Source of the DNA: a virus
Lineage: Duplodnaviria; Caudoviricetes
IMG/VR virus record: IMGVR_UViG_3300014204_000116
Coordinates: 32,001 to 96,000 of that record
Reading direction: 5' to 3' (one strand)
Length of the DNA: 64,000 bases
Shown here: in pieces, positions 28,337 to 38,416 of the stretch
How the letters are laid out: each line of letters opens with the position of its first letter
How positions within the stretch are numbered: the stretch's first letter is position 1
Program-made: the position numbers and the translations under genes
The notes under the pieces: generated by a model
Told to the model about the DNA's origin: nothing
Database searches by the model: none
The model's input: only the letters and a program-made list of their open reading frames with translations

Positions 28337-28378
28337 AAACTCCGTCCTGACACGCAGTTAGGGCGGAGTTTTTATTTT
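28337..28378 (+). terminator. Intrinsic terminator
   Basis: AAACTCCGTCCTGAC/GTTAGGGCGGAGTTT stem followed by a T-tract. Confidence 0.75.
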
Positions 28379-28388
28379 ATCTTTTTTG

Positions 28389-28417
28389 TTGCACTGCAAT
28401 TGTCGCTCTGCTATATT
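28389..28417 (+). promoter_or_regulatory. Sigma70-like promoter
   Basis: TTGCAC-N17-TATATT with TG extension. Confidence 0.65.
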
Positions 28418-28468
28418 CTAGGCAGTGAAAGGCACAGTGTGTGCTCGAAGCGCAAAGAAAGACGAAAT

Positions 28469-29161
28469 ATGAGTAAGACAAAATCAACGAAAAACGGAAT
28501 GGTTCCCCTGGCTTCTACTGGCGTCCCTTTGGCTCCGCCCGAAGTTTCTCCCGAAGTCAACAAGACCTGCCTGGAGATCTCCATCCACGGCGATGCGGTG
28601 ACCCGCTACAACAAGCATGCGAAGGACGAAAAGGAGGCCAAGAAGGCGAAGGATAAGGCTCGGCCCGAGGTCGAGGTCGAAGCCCTGGACGAACTGTTCA
28701 AGTTCAACGTGGAAAACCCGAAGAACGTCAAAACTACCATTAAGGTCACGGATGACGAGGGTGCAAAGGCCAATGTCTCCTTCAAGAATGCCTATGCCCC
28801 ACTTTCCGACGTCCAGGAAGTGCTGAACAAACTGCGCACGCTCGGCGTTAGTGATCCGAACCGCTTTGTCCAGAAGAAGGTCGTCATCGGTTTTGATACC
28901 GATGTGTTCTACGACAAGCTCGACGGAAGCTTGAAGCTCGATCTCTACCTGGCGATGATGAATGCCATCCAGGACGTGGCTGCGAATCACGGAGTTCCAT
29001 CGCCATTCACCAGCCATGAGGTTCTGACCGTAAAGGACAGCTTCCACGAGGATCGCTGGAATATCGGCGCGAATGAATCTCCTGAAAATCGTGCGGATGC
29101 CCAGGCCTGGCTCCGCGAGACGTTCAAAAACACGGTGTCTATCACCCCGGTGGCGCAGTAG
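28469..29161 (+). CDS. Hypothetical protein with strongly biased codon usage
   Basis: 230 aa; flanked by a promoter and a strong hairpin at 29171-29206. Confidence 0.7.
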   Translation: MSKTKSTKNGMVPLASTGVPLAPPEVSPEVNKTCLEISIHGDAVTRYNKHAKDEKEAKKAKDKARPEVEVEALDELFKFNVENPKNVKTTIKVTDDEGAKANVSFKNAYAPLSDVQEVLNKLRTLGVSDPNRFVQKKVVIGFDTDVFYDKLDGSLKLDLYLAMMNAIQDVAANHGVPSPFTSHEVLTVKDSFHEDRWNIGANESPENRADAQAWLRETFKNTVSITPVAQ

Positions 29162-29223
29162 CGTTAACCAGCGCCCGCCATCCTATGCGGTTAGGGTGGT
29201 GGGCGCGCAACCTCTTCTGGATC

Positions 29224-29982
29224 ATGAATACAACTCAGAAATACGAAAACAGTCTACAGACCGGCGTGCGTTGGGCTTGGTCCAGCGTGGTCGCTATGTC
29301 CTGGGCTTGCATTTTTTACCGCATCTTTCGCACGATATTTCCTGCTCGTAAGGCTCTGTCGGTGCCGGACCCTCGCGACATCGTATCGGAGAACGCCGAG
29401 TATTTGCGCAAGGCAGAGCTTACTGTCGGTAAGTTTAAAGAGGCCCTGCGCGAGGAAGCGGAGATTTTGGAGAAAACCAAGTCTCTGCCTATCGTCAACA
29501 GGCCGACATCCGAGTCGAGCTATTTCGGTGACTTGTTCGAAACTCCAGAAGAGAGTCTACGCCGCCTGATCTCTGGCCTTGTCGTAGTCAGGAAGGATGC
29601 AGCGCGCAAGTTACTTGCACAGGTAGAAGTTCCGACCAAACGCCAGGCAGCACAGGTCAGGCGGCTGGCGGCAGTCCTGGATCGAGACGATGCGAGAACG
29701 GCAGCGCTCCGCGAGAAGTTCCAACGCCAGTTTGAAGAGGATGATCGCCGTAACATCCCCAAGCTGTATGACTACTTGGTGAAGAACGGGCACTTAGACC
29801 CAAGGATCACGCTGGAGCAATTCCGCCGAAGAGCGTACCCAGAGCCGCTTATTTCCGGCAAACCTCTCGACGTAAGCAAGTTTACGGGAGTTCTAAAATT
29901 GGCGGCTGCGATTGTGATCCCGTCCTGGGTTGTTCTGACGATTGCCGCCCGAATAATCGCACCAGAACTGTTCCCATTTTGA
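29224..29982 (+). CDS. Membrane-anchored coiled-coil protein
   Basis: Hydrophobic segments at both ends. Confidence 0.6.
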   Translation: MNTTQKYENSLQTGVRWAWSSVVAMSWACIFYRIFRTIFPARKALSVPDPRDIVSENAEYLRKAELTVGKFKEALREEAEILEKTKSLPIVNRPTSESSYFGDLFETPEESLRRLISGLVVVRKDAARKLLAQVEVPTKRQAAQVRRLAAVLDRDDARTAALREKFQRQFEEDDRRNIPKLYDYLVKNGHLDPRITLEQFRRRAYPEPLISGKPLDVSKFTGVLKLAAAIVIPSWVVLTIAARIIAPELFPF

Positions 29983-30001
29983 CAAAATTCCTGTTCTTAT
30001 T

Positions 30002-30364
30002 ATGATGGCAAGACCAAAAGGTAAACGTGACGTGGCAGAGATAAAATCCGCCATCGAGGAATGTATGGCGGGTGCTACGCTAACGAGTATCGCCGAGCGC
30101 CGAGGAGTGAGCCAGCCGACCATATCCTACTGGTTGCACAAATGGGGTAAGGTGTATTACCCCACCTTTAAATTGCGCAAGCAGGGCCGCAGGCAGGCTG
30201 TCGTCCCAACGAAGCGCGATCAGCGCATTCTTAAGGCCATTGCCTCGGGCAGGACGTTCGGAGAGGTCGCCAACAAGCACCGGATCAGCCGGACGAGGGT
30301 GGCATCCATATGTAAGACCTGGGCTGACCGGGCTTACAAAGTTCCTGTTACACCCGAGGGCTAA
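30002..30364 (+). CDS. Double helix-turn-helix DNA-binding protein
   Basis: TLTSIAERRGVSQPTISYWL and TFGEVANKHRISRTRV. Confidence 0.8.
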   Translation: MMARPKGKRDVAEIKSAIEECMAGATLTSIAERRGVSQPTISYWLHKWGKVYYPTFKLRKQGRRQAVVPTKRDQRILKAIASGRTFGEVANKHRISRTRVASICKTWADRAYKVPVTPEG

Positions 30365-31200
30365 CTCCGGCCTAGAGCGACTTGCAGCGCGTGCACCAAA
30401 GTGTTGTAAGTAGCAGCCTGGCTAGCACTAAGGCCGTATCCTATACTGTAATACTGAAATGCAGTTGCGGTCGCGCCAAAGTAAGATCCAGCTTCTGCGG
30501 AACTTCCTGTAGCTGAGCCATGGCTTACACCAATTCCGCATGACCATTCTGAGGGCTTAGAGTAGTCCAGCGCGACAGATTCTACAGACGTCCCATTAAG
30601 GTATAGATATGCGTTACTACCTGAATAATGCGTGGTAATTCTAAACCCAGCCGTTGTGCCACTACCACCTGTTCCAAAGGTTCCCCAAGCAAATGAGGGA
30701 GTTGTAGAGTAGTCATTGTAGACTAAATAGTGCCGAGTTGCTACAGAGCTCCTGAATACTCCCATTGGCCGTAGGTTAAATGCGTCCTTGCAATACATTG
30801 CCAGGTGCAAGTTAGTGCCGTCTGCTGATATGTAGTCGAGCCTTACGCCAGAATCGAGATATTTATAAGAAATCGTTGGGATATACCCCGCTGATTCAAC
30901 ATAGTTTGTGCCATTGACAGCCCCGACCATATTGGAAATAGTTGATTGTACCGTTGGCTGATACTTCAGCTTCACCAGAGCTGCCGTAAGATCGTTTCCA
31001 GCAAATACTCCGATATCAAGCAGGCTATCCCATATGCGGGCGGTTTTACACCCGGCTACGAAGGTTCGCACCTTGGCAACTGTGGAATCGCTAACCGTAG
31101 AGCCTGCGGCTATTATTCTAGCTTTCCAGTTGTCAACTTCGACGGTTCCTGACGACGTGGACGCCAAAAACCAAGGGTTCATTATGGTAGTTGGAATCAT
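30361..31200 (-). CDS. Tail-fibre-associated lectin-like protein
   Basis: S/T/G-rich beta protein, YLYLNG motif; coupled to the upstream fibre gene. Confidence 0.55.
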   Translation of the reverse strand: MIPTTIMNPWFLASTSSGTVEVDNWKARIIAAGSTVSDSTVAKVRTFVAGCKTARIWDSLLDIGVFAGNDLTAALVKLKYQPTVQSTISNMVGAVNGTNYVESAGYIPTISYKYLDSGVRLDYISADGTNLHLAMYCKDAFNLRPMGVFRSSVATRHYLVYNDYSTTPSFAWGTFGTGGSGTTAGFRITTHYSGSNAYLYLNGTSVESVALDYSKPSEWSCGIGVSHGSATGSSAEAGSYFGATATAFQYYSIGYGLSASQAATYNTLVHALQVALGRS

Positions 31201-31201
31201 A

Positions 31202-32683
31202 CTATGCCTGGGCTACCCAAGCTGCAACAATATCGGTCTGGCTTTGGCCAAAACAAGTAAGGGACAGGACAGCGTATTTTCCAGCAGTAAGCGTATTCGA
31301 TCCAGCACACGATGTGCCTAGCCACGACCAATTTTCTCCGAAATAGATGGCGCTGGCAGTTCCGTTTGTAGACATTCTTACACTGATCCAATTTCCGGCT
31401 GAGACATTGCTCGTGGCAAAAGATGTTGGTGCGCTGATAGCGATAGAACGAAGTCGAGGCGTGCTGCTTGAGAGATCTAGCGTAATTGTGCCTGTGGCCG
31501 GGAGCAGAGTGCCATATTCCACCATGTCTGACCAGCGTATGTCTCCGGCTGTAGACGAATTCTTTTTAAGTACCTGGCCTATTGTTCCCCCAGTGACGAT
31601 AGAAGAAACGGACGCTGTTCCTGCCCAAGCCGTATTCAAAGCTGACACTGCAATGGAATTGGCAGCACTGGCCGCATTTGTCCCTACCCAAGCTGTATTC
31701 AAGGCTGACACTGCAATGGAGTTGGCAGCTTTTGCAGCATTTGTTCCTACCCAAGCCGTGTTTAATGCAGTTACGGCGGTTCTGTTTAGACTTTTTTCTA
31801 CGTCTAAAGTCACGGACAGAGAATAATCTGCCATGTAATAAGCGTTGTCAGCAGCACTCTTGGCCAAATATGCGGCGTATGTTCCTGCCCAAGCCGTATT
31901 CAAAGCTGACACTGCAATGGAATTGGCAGCACTGGCCGCATTTGTCCCTACCCAAGCGGTGCCCAGCGCTGTAGTGGCAACTGAAAAGGCAGCCGTTGCC
32001 TGACTATTCGCACCTGCTGCTGCATCAGTGCCTGTCACGGCTAAGCTAAAAGCATCCCGCCCCCACATGTCTGCTGAATCTGCGGCTTGTGTGCCACTCC
32101 AGGCCGTGGTTAAAGCCTGATCCGCTAGGGCATAAGCTTGATCGGCTGCGTTCGTACCGGCGACCGCTAAGCTAAAAGCATCCCGCCCCCACATGTCTGC
32201 TGAATTTGCCGCAGTCGTGCCTGCTACGCCTAGATTGTAAGCTTGCTGCAACAGGGGCATGAATGCACCGACGGAGTTAGTGCCGGAAAGAGCCAAAGCT
32301 TGGTTGGCGATAGCGAGCGCGGCAGCGGCAGCGTTTGTGCCAGTCTCAGCCAGGCTGTAAGCTTGATCAAATAGGCCGACCGAGTAGTTTGTACCATTCC
32401 AGACGTCGAGCAACCAATCTCCAGCGTAGGCAGGATTGGCCACTGTCACATCAGCCTCAATTTGAACCAGGTGTGCCCAGGTCGTATATTCTGTTACATC
32501 GAAAACGGTGGGAAGAGCAACATTTGTATTAGCTACCAGGGCGATCCAATTATGCCCCTGACTGTCGGTAGCGGCATCTCGGCTGACGTAAGCCGTGGAC
32601 CCACTCCATGCGCCAGTAAAAGTGATAATGTCGCCACTAATTACTTTCCTGCCCGCCGAGGATATGTACGCATAGAGAGCCAT
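31202..32683 (-). CDS. Tail fibre-like protein with Ala-rich repeats
   Basis: Repeated AWxGTNAAxAANSIAVSALNT; GGTIGQVLKKNS fibre motif; GTATTTA on the minus strand at 32690-32696. Confidence 0.7.
   Translation of the reverse strand: MALYAYISSAGRKVISGDIITFTGAWSGSTAYVSRDAATDSQGHNWIALVANTNVALPTVFDVTEYTTWAHLVQIEADVTVANPAYAGDWLLDVWNGTNYSVGLFDQAYSLAETGTNAAAAALAIANQALALSGTNSVGAFMPLLQQAYNLGVAGTTAANSADMWGRDAFSLAVAGTNAADQAYALADQALTTAWSGTQAADSADMWGRDAFSLAVTGTDAAAGANSQATAAFSVATTALGTAWVGTNAASAANSIAVSALNTAWAGTYAAYLAKSAADNAYYMADYSLSVTLDVEKSLNRTAVTALNTAWVGTNAAKAANSIAVSALNTAWVGTNAASAANSIAVSALNTAWAGTASVSSIVTGGTIGQVLKKNSSTAGDIRWSDMVEYGTLLPATGTITLDLSSSTPRLRSIAISAPTSFATSNVSAGNWISVRMSTNGTASAIYFGENWSWLGTSCAGSNTLTAGKYAVLSLTCFGQSQTDIVAAWVAQA
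31615..31960 (-). repeat. 63-bp coding repeats (21-aa unit)
   Basis: Near-identical CCCAAGCCGTATTCAAAGCTGACACTGCAATGGAATTGGCAGC copies at about 31625, 31687 and 31888. Confidence 0.85.
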
Positions 32684-32751
32684 ATGGTTTAAATACGATG
32701 GGAGCTGGATTAATCTGGGGTTTCATGCGCGGAGGCGCGGGTAGTTAGTAC

Positions 32752-33096
32752 GTGATCGCGCGATACGTTGTTGAAGTTCTGCTTGAAGAACAGCCCAATT
32801 TTAAACGGGCTGATCAGGTGTTTAACGGCGAAATACCGTTTGGGTTCATAGGGGTTGTAGACAATGGCCATGTCCGAGCATCTGTGGGTGGGCTTGAATA
32901 CGTGGATCACTCTGAGCTGGGGTATACGCAGGAGACGGGCCGATGGCGCTTCGCGACCAATAGGCGTATCCCGGTTGTACTCTGGACAACTCCACCGACG
33001 ATGGCGCAGATATTCGAGGTCGAGGAGTGGCTAAAGAAGAAGGGCTACGAGGTAGCCAGTCATACACAAGATTTCAACAAATGGCGCGGCTTTTGA
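32752..33096 (+). CDS. Hypothetical protein with an N-terminal cargo-type motif
   Basis: GTAGTTA 4 nt upstream; MIARYVVEVLLEE. Confidence 0.7.
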   Translation: MIARYVVEVLLEEQPNFKRADQVFNGEIPFGFIGVVDNGHVRASVGGLEYVDHSELGYTQETGRWRFATNRRIPVVLWTTPPTMAQIFEVEEWLKKKGYEVASHTQDFNKWRGF

Positions 33097-33108
33097 GTTC
33101 TATACACT

Positions 33109-36100
33109 ATGCTCGATCCGAAGAAGAAGGTGGATAATTTGATAGGGCTGGTGAGTGGAACAAGTGCGTCCGCACAGCCTACCTCTTCGCTTTATCAGGC
33201 AATCCATGTGGAGCCGAGTAAAGAGCCCGGCTATGTGGTAACAGCTTCTCCTCTCCCTCCGAATGATCCATTGGCCTTCATAGGCTGTGTCGATACGGAT
33301 ACCCTGGGAACTAATCCCATCGTTGACAATGCAGATGGCAAGGCCTGGTATGTGGATTACTACCGCATGCTGGAAGCTTACATAAATTCTTCAGATTGGG
33401 CACTGGCTGATGGAAAGAACTGGCGCGCTCTGGCTGCTACTCCAAGGGCTTTACAGTCCATGTTTTCTTCACCCCGGCAGGCAGCTATGGCTTCTCTGGG
33501 TGAGCCCATGGTTCAACGGCGCATCATCCGTTATGGCCTGGCTAATGAATCAGACTTGGCTGAGCGCATTGAAGATGCCGTATCGTGGGAACGGAGGCTG
33601 CATGTCATCTCGCAAGCACTGGCACGATCTGGATGGAAGCCAGGCAGGATAGGACTGCATGCCGGAACAGATACCGTATTCGCCATCGGAGAATGTGGCG
33701 GAGAAATCCCTAGCAAGGTTATGGCTATTGTCCATACAGCCTTAGGCGAAGCAGGCCTTGTGACTGAGGATCTCCGCGTAGCCCGGCGAGGGACATCTTC
33801 TGGCGGTCCATGGCAGGCCAGCTTTAGTCTGTTACATGAGGAGGATGATGACTTTGAAGATATCCGCCCCGAGGATATCGCTACTCCGGCCATCGAGCAG
33901 CATCCAGGCATGAAGTCTGCCAACTTAGCGCATTCAATTGCACGTTCATTAAAGACTCGCGTACCGGCATTCTCATCTCTCACCCTGGATACAACGTCGT
34001 TTATTCGGGATAAAAGAGGATGGCCGATGCTAAGGTTCTTTGTGTCAGTATGGGAAAAGTGGCCGATGTGGGGATCTGATGTCAAACCAGGAGAGTCTCC
34101 GGTTGTGACTTACTATAGCACAGAGGACATTATCAAAGCCATAAAAGATACATGCGCTGAACTTGGGCTAGTGATGTATCCATATCCTCATCAGGATGTC
34201 CAGGTAATAGATGGCATCTCTATAGAGAAGCATGTGCATCATTACTCAATTGTGTTCCTAACCCATGGAGTTGAGTATCTATCCAAGTCCCCTCTTTACC
34301 AAATTGGAGAGTCTAAGTCTCCGGTTAAAGATACCGAGGGATCACTGGATCATCAGTATCTCAGTAAAGTTAGGGATGTCCTCGAAAAAGATGCAAGCTG
34401 GAAGATGTTGATCGCATCGGTTCGCCCTACAGAGTATCCCCTCAAAGAGAGTATCCTGATTCGTGCAACTCTTAAACCTCGCTATCCCATGTGCGAAAGA
34501 GAGGCATCAGAATGCGTAGAGTCTATCCTTAAAGATGCGAATCTTTGCCCAAAAGTTATCTTTTGCCGTATGCAGGAGGATGGCAACTACGGTGTGTCCT
34601 GGAGGATGAAGTCACATGATCACGATAAAGATCGCCGGGAGATTATCATCTGTGAGTCTGGGATAAATCCCGCCGATGCTCCTCTGCTGCAAGATGACCA
34701 GGATGCGCTGGGAGACCTATCCAAGTTTAAGCGCCTTGTTGGGATGGTTATGTCCAATGCTCCACGGGATATGGAACTTTCGCAGGCTACGAGCAGGCCT
34801 ACATGTGATCTGAGCCGAGCATCTGAGTTTACGGCCCGGATTGAAACTCAGCATGTGGACGTGACATCCATCAGCCGTTTCATCCTGGACTCCATGGACA
34901 TGCTGAACATGCACCCGGTGCATGCACCCAATCCATTCTCAAGTATCTCCTACAACGGGTATCAAGTATCTGTGCGCATCCCTTACACCCGAGATGCGAT
35001 GGCTCGAAAAACTTTAAGATACGATGCGGATAACGGGGCATCTATCGATGATAAGTTTCAAGTCTCCGAGGCAGATGAGTCTGGCTTAGATCCTTCAGAT
35101 GTAGAATGGGCTCGGCATACGCTATCGAAGGTTGATCCGTGGTGGAATGATCGGCGAAGGGTATTAGACATTTCGACTGAGTTGCATAATGCGGGATTTG
35201 ATGGAGATGTTACACTCTTTGTCCAGCCCAGGGAATACAGCGCCAGATCCTATACCCCATTGTTTGGAACTTTTATCGTTCATCTAAGGGCGCTTAATCC
35301 CGAGGAGGTAAAGGATCGGAAGGATGTATGTGCCAGGGTGAATTCCATATTTCAAAAGTTCTTCGACATCGACATCCAGCCCTACAGCATACGGGAGCAG
35401 TACGAGGGCAAGTGGAAGCACTCCTCACGGGAGGATAGGCGTTCCCACATAGGATGGTATACTATCTTGATCGGCAGTGTAACTCTTCGTAACACTCCCA
35501 AGAAGGGAAGTTTTTCTCCTGAAACCATCACCATCGCCATTGGTGAGTCCGAAGATATACAACCCTCCGAGTTATGGAGATCTTTCACTTGGGGATGGAA
35601 AGTAAAGCATGTAGAATCAGGCCCCATGTGGTATAATCGGGGATTCTATGTCTATAGAGGCGCTTACTGGACTCCTTACGTTGATAGTGTCTACTACGGC
35701 CCGTCTGCAATTGGCATCCAGCGCTTTATCAATTACATGGAATGGCTGGAAGCTACTTGGCAGCCGGTGGGTAAGGAAGCCCCTTATGACTGGCTTGTGC
35801 GGGCATCCAAATTGAAGAAAAGGGAGGAGTTCGAGCGGCTGAATCCTCCGAAGGCTGAAGATATCCTGGGAGAGAGTGCTGAAATAGATCCGGCTGATCT
35901 GTGGAAATCTCATATCGCCGGATGGAGAATAAAGCAGGCATCCTCCGAGGAGAGTAGTGTAGCGCTAACGGGATACTACATCTACAAGGGAGATTCCTTT
36001 AAAGACTCTGTCGGAAGTAGGCTGCGCTGGGGAAATGATCCAAAGGGCATAGAGCGCGCGGCCCATTACATGAACTGGCTGGAACGGGAATGGGAGCCCT

Positions 36101-37227
36101 ATGTCTATGGTGAATATATCCGTGTAAGCGACTGGCTGGATATAGCAAGAGTCAAAGGCAAGGAAAAGGAGTACGTTAAACTCTTTCCCGAGGCTGCCAC
36201 GCCCGATCCGATGCAAGAGGATACCCCCGAAGAAAAGATAGATCCCTGGGAGTTGCTCTACTACACAGATCCCAGTGTGCAAGAGCGCGCGATGCTGTCG
36301 AGCCTGGCTGCCAAGATAAAGTCGATGGGCTACACGGGCGGGCTAAGCTCGGACATGATCGGGAGTGGTGGAGTAGTAGAACTCTACCTGCACACAGGCG
36401 TCTACTGGGATAAGGTCAATTATCCCGACATTGCAAAGCAAGAGGATGCCCTCCTTAAAGAACGTGCAGAAGGATTGAATAAAGCCGTAGTGGATCTTCT
36501 GAGAAAGTATCGCTACGAAGTGGATACTCTTACTGCCACTCAAGGCCACGACTTCAACTGGGCCACCGACAATCTTGTCAAAACCGGATGGGGCACCGAT
36601 CTATACGCCCCTAAAGAGGATAACGACTCATACATCGAGATTATACTAACGGGATACGTCCTATTCAGACGTCCCGATTACCGAGGGCCGTACAGCGCCA
36701 AAAGCTTCCGGTCTAAGGATAAGAAGATGACCATCACGATCCCCGAGGCCCTGGAAAACCATCCCCTCGACCTGACAATAGAAAGTATGATCCAGGACAA
36801 CTCCAACGAAGAGATGGGCGTAGACATGAGAGATATCTACAACCAAGCCTTCAGCCAAAGCCTGGCCGCAACCAAAGCCCCTCTCAAGAAGATGGCCGAC
36901 CATCTCAAAGGACTAGGATATACCGGCACCATCCGAATAGTTCCCTCCCTATTCGATAGGCCCAACAATCTGCATACGTTCATCCTCATCCCCAAAAACG
37001 TAGCCCCCAGTATGACGCCAATCATACAGAGCGAGGAAGATGTTGATGCCGCAATAGAAGCAGCAGGTTACCAGGACTACGCCAAGAAAGAAGCCCCAGG
37101 CAATAAGTATTACACCATCTTCGATAGTTACTCCTATGCCCGCAAAGGTGTAGAGGCCCTCTACCTCAAAGCACAATTACCTATCCTGGGGCCTAGACCT
37201 CTCTATACCGTGGAATACTCCTTCTGA
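33109..37227 (+). CDS. Mosaic polyprotein-like protein, 1372 aa
   Basis: Domains separated by acidic h-x-E...[IL]DPx[DE] linkers; contains a tandem duplicated ~110-aa domain. Confidence 0.75.
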   Translation: MLDPKKKVDNLIGLVSGTSASAQPTSSLYQAIHVEPSKEPGYVVTASPLPPNDPLAFIGCVDTDTLGTNPIVDNADGKAWYVDYYRMLEAYINSSDWALADGKNWRALAATPRALQSMFSSPRQAAMASLGEPMVQRRIIRYGLANESDLAERIEDAVSWERRLHVISQALARSGWKPGRIGLHAGTDTVFAIGECGGEIPSKVMAIVHTALGEAGLVTEDLRVARRGTSSGGPWQASFSLLHEEDDDFEDIRPEDIATPAIEQHPGMKSANLAHSIARSLKTRVPAFSSLTLDTTSFIRDKRGWPMLRFFVSVWEKWPMWGSDVKPGESPVVTYYSTEDIIKAIKDTCAELGLVMYPYPHQDVQVIDGISIEKHVHHYSIVFLTHGVEYLSKSPLYQIGESKSPVKDTEGSLDHQYLSKVRDVLEKDASWKMLIASVRPTEYPLKESILIRATLKPRYPMCEREASECVESILKDANLCPKVIFCRMQEDGNYGVSWRMKSHDHDKDRREIIICESGINPADAPLLQDDQDALGDLSKFKRLVGMVMSNAPRDMELSQATSRPTCDLSRASEFTARIETQHVDVTSISRFILDSMDMLNMHPVHAPNPFSSISYNGYQVSVRIPYTRDAMARKTLRYDADNGASIDDKFQVSEADESGLDPSDVEWARHTLSKVDPWWNDRRRVLDISTELHNAGFDGDVTLFVQPREYSARSYTPLFGTFIVHLRALNPEEVKDRKDVCARVNSIFQKFFDIDIQPYSIREQYEGKWKHSSREDRRSHIGWYTILIGSVTLRNTPKKGSFSPETITIAIGESEDIQPSELWRSFTWGWKVKHVESGPMWYNRGFYVYRGAYWTPYVDSVYYGPSAIGIQRFINYMEWLEATWQPVGKEAPYDWLVRASKLKKREEFERLNPPKAEDILGESAEIDPADLWKSHIAGWRIKQASSEESSVALTGYYIYKGDSFKDSVGSRLRWGNDPKGIERAAHYMNWLEREWEPYVYGEYIRVSDWLDIARVKGKEKEYVKLFPEAATPDPMQEDTPEEKIDPWELLYYTDPSVQERAMLSSLAAKIKSMGYTGGLSSDMIGSGGVVELYLHTGVYWDKVNYPDIAKQEDALLKERAEGLNKAVVDLLRKYRYEVDTLTATQGHDFNWATDNLVKTGWGTDLYAPKEDNDSYIEIILTGYVLFRRPDYRGPYSAKSFRSKDKKMTITIPEALENHPLDLTIESMIQDNSNEEMGVDMRDIYNQAFSQSLAATKAPLKKMADHLKGLGYTGTIRIVPSLFDRPNNLHTFILIPKNVAPSMTPIIQSEEDVDAAIEAAGYQDYAKKEAPGNKYYTIFDSYSYARKGVEALYLKAQLPILGPRPLYTVEYSF

Positions 37228-37538
37228 AGAAGAACAGGGGATAGCACATTCCCGAACGGTATCATCCAGGATCTATTCCTGCACATATTCCCCTATAAGC
37301 CCCGAGCGGGAATACCTACACCGCTATTAGCCTAATGCAGACGTAATCACCCAGTGTTTATGTGGGTGACCTCGATCCTTTTCTATCAAATACGCTGGCA
37401 AACTAATTTGCGAATCTATAATTTACGTGAGCAAAAAGTGACGTTGAGCCCCTTGACAGAAGGGTATTTTAGCAGTTTACTCTTCTCTAAAGAGAAGAGT
37501 ATGTGGAGAGGAGCGGGTGATTATCAGCCCCTATCTTA

Positions 37539-37588
37539 CCGCCAATTGACCGCCAATTGACTGCTTATTGACCATGTATTGACCGTGG
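37539..37588 (+). repeat. 11-bp phased direct repeats (ATTGAC core x4) in intergenic DNA
   Basis: ccgccaattga ccgccaattga ctgcttattga ccatgtattga ccgtgg. Confidence 0.8.
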
Positions 37589-37729
37589 TATCATCCCGCG
37601 TATCCTCCATTTGTGCCATTTTGCTGGGCATTTCGCATCTTTTGAACATCCCAAGAAGAGGTCTAGGGGAGAGATGCCAGGATGCGTAAACCCTTGTAAA
37701 TAGGGGGAGCGTCATGAAATTCTGTGGTG

Positions 37730-37758
37730 TTGACATTGGGGCCAAAAGCTGCTAATGT
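37730..37758 (+). promoter_or_regulatory. Sigma70-like promoter
   Basis: TTGACA-N17-TAATGT with TG extension. Confidence 0.65.
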
Positions 37759-37766
37759 GGCTGCCT

Positions 37767-38369
37767 ATGAGAATGGCCATCGTATCCGCCAATCGCCGAA
37801 GCATTCAATTCTCGAATAAGCCCTTCAAAGGTGCGCGCAAGATCCAGCTTATCCACAGAACGCCGGACTCCATTGACTCCATAATGCAAAGTCCTGGTTG
37901 GCCTGGCCTCCGGGCCTACATGTCCGTCTGTAATGCGTGCTGGTCGGATCTTCTATACATCATGGGTCGGAGCGGGCTCGTCCTGTTCTGGAAATACGGT
38001 GTGGCCGGGAAGACGGGGTATGGAGCGCGCGAGCGGAGGCCCAAGTTCCCACGCAAGATGTTTAATGGCGGATTCCTGGCCATGCACACAGATCTCACAG
38101 GGGATTTCTGCATACCCATCTACCAGCATTTCCATTGCAAGGAGAGAACGGATAGCGAACGACCTCAGAAGACTGGCTCATATTACTACTTGTCATACGA
38201 CATCAAGCTAAACCCCAAAGTGTGCAAGACACCCAGGGAGAAACACGCTGCTCGGGAAAGAGGACATGCTGTTATTGATCTCCTGTGCGCGGATCATCCT
38301 AGAGTCGGGCCGTGGCTCAAGAAACATCCTGGAAAGCATGCTCATCAGTGGTTGCAGGAGAACTTTTAA
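37767..38369 (+). CDS. Hypothetical protein
   Basis: ATG 8 nt after the -10 element. Confidence 0.6.
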   Translation: MRMAIVSANRRSIQFSNKPFKGARKIQLIHRTPDSIDSIMQSPGWPGLRAYMSVCNACWSDLLYIMGRSGLVLFWKYGVAGKTGYGARERRPKFPRKMFNGGFLAMHTDLTGDFCIPIYQHFHCKERTDSERPQKTGSYYYLSYDIKLNPKVCKTPREKHAARERGHAVIDLLCADHPRVGPWLKKHPGKHAHQWLQENF

Positions 38370-38416
38370 ATCACGGGCTTGACAACACACAACAAATAGT
38401 CCATCATCCGAATGCT

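Noticed and set aside
37539-37588. CRISPR array (also considered for the 53400 and 31615 repeats)
   Set aside because: Repeats are short or coding and tandem, without unique spacers; no cas genes seen
38312-38416. Longer N-termini given by the ORF track (also 4371, 28400, 29185, 39237, 50164)
   Set aside because: They overlap upstream genes or promoters; downstream ATGs fit the RBS, promoter position and family N-termini better
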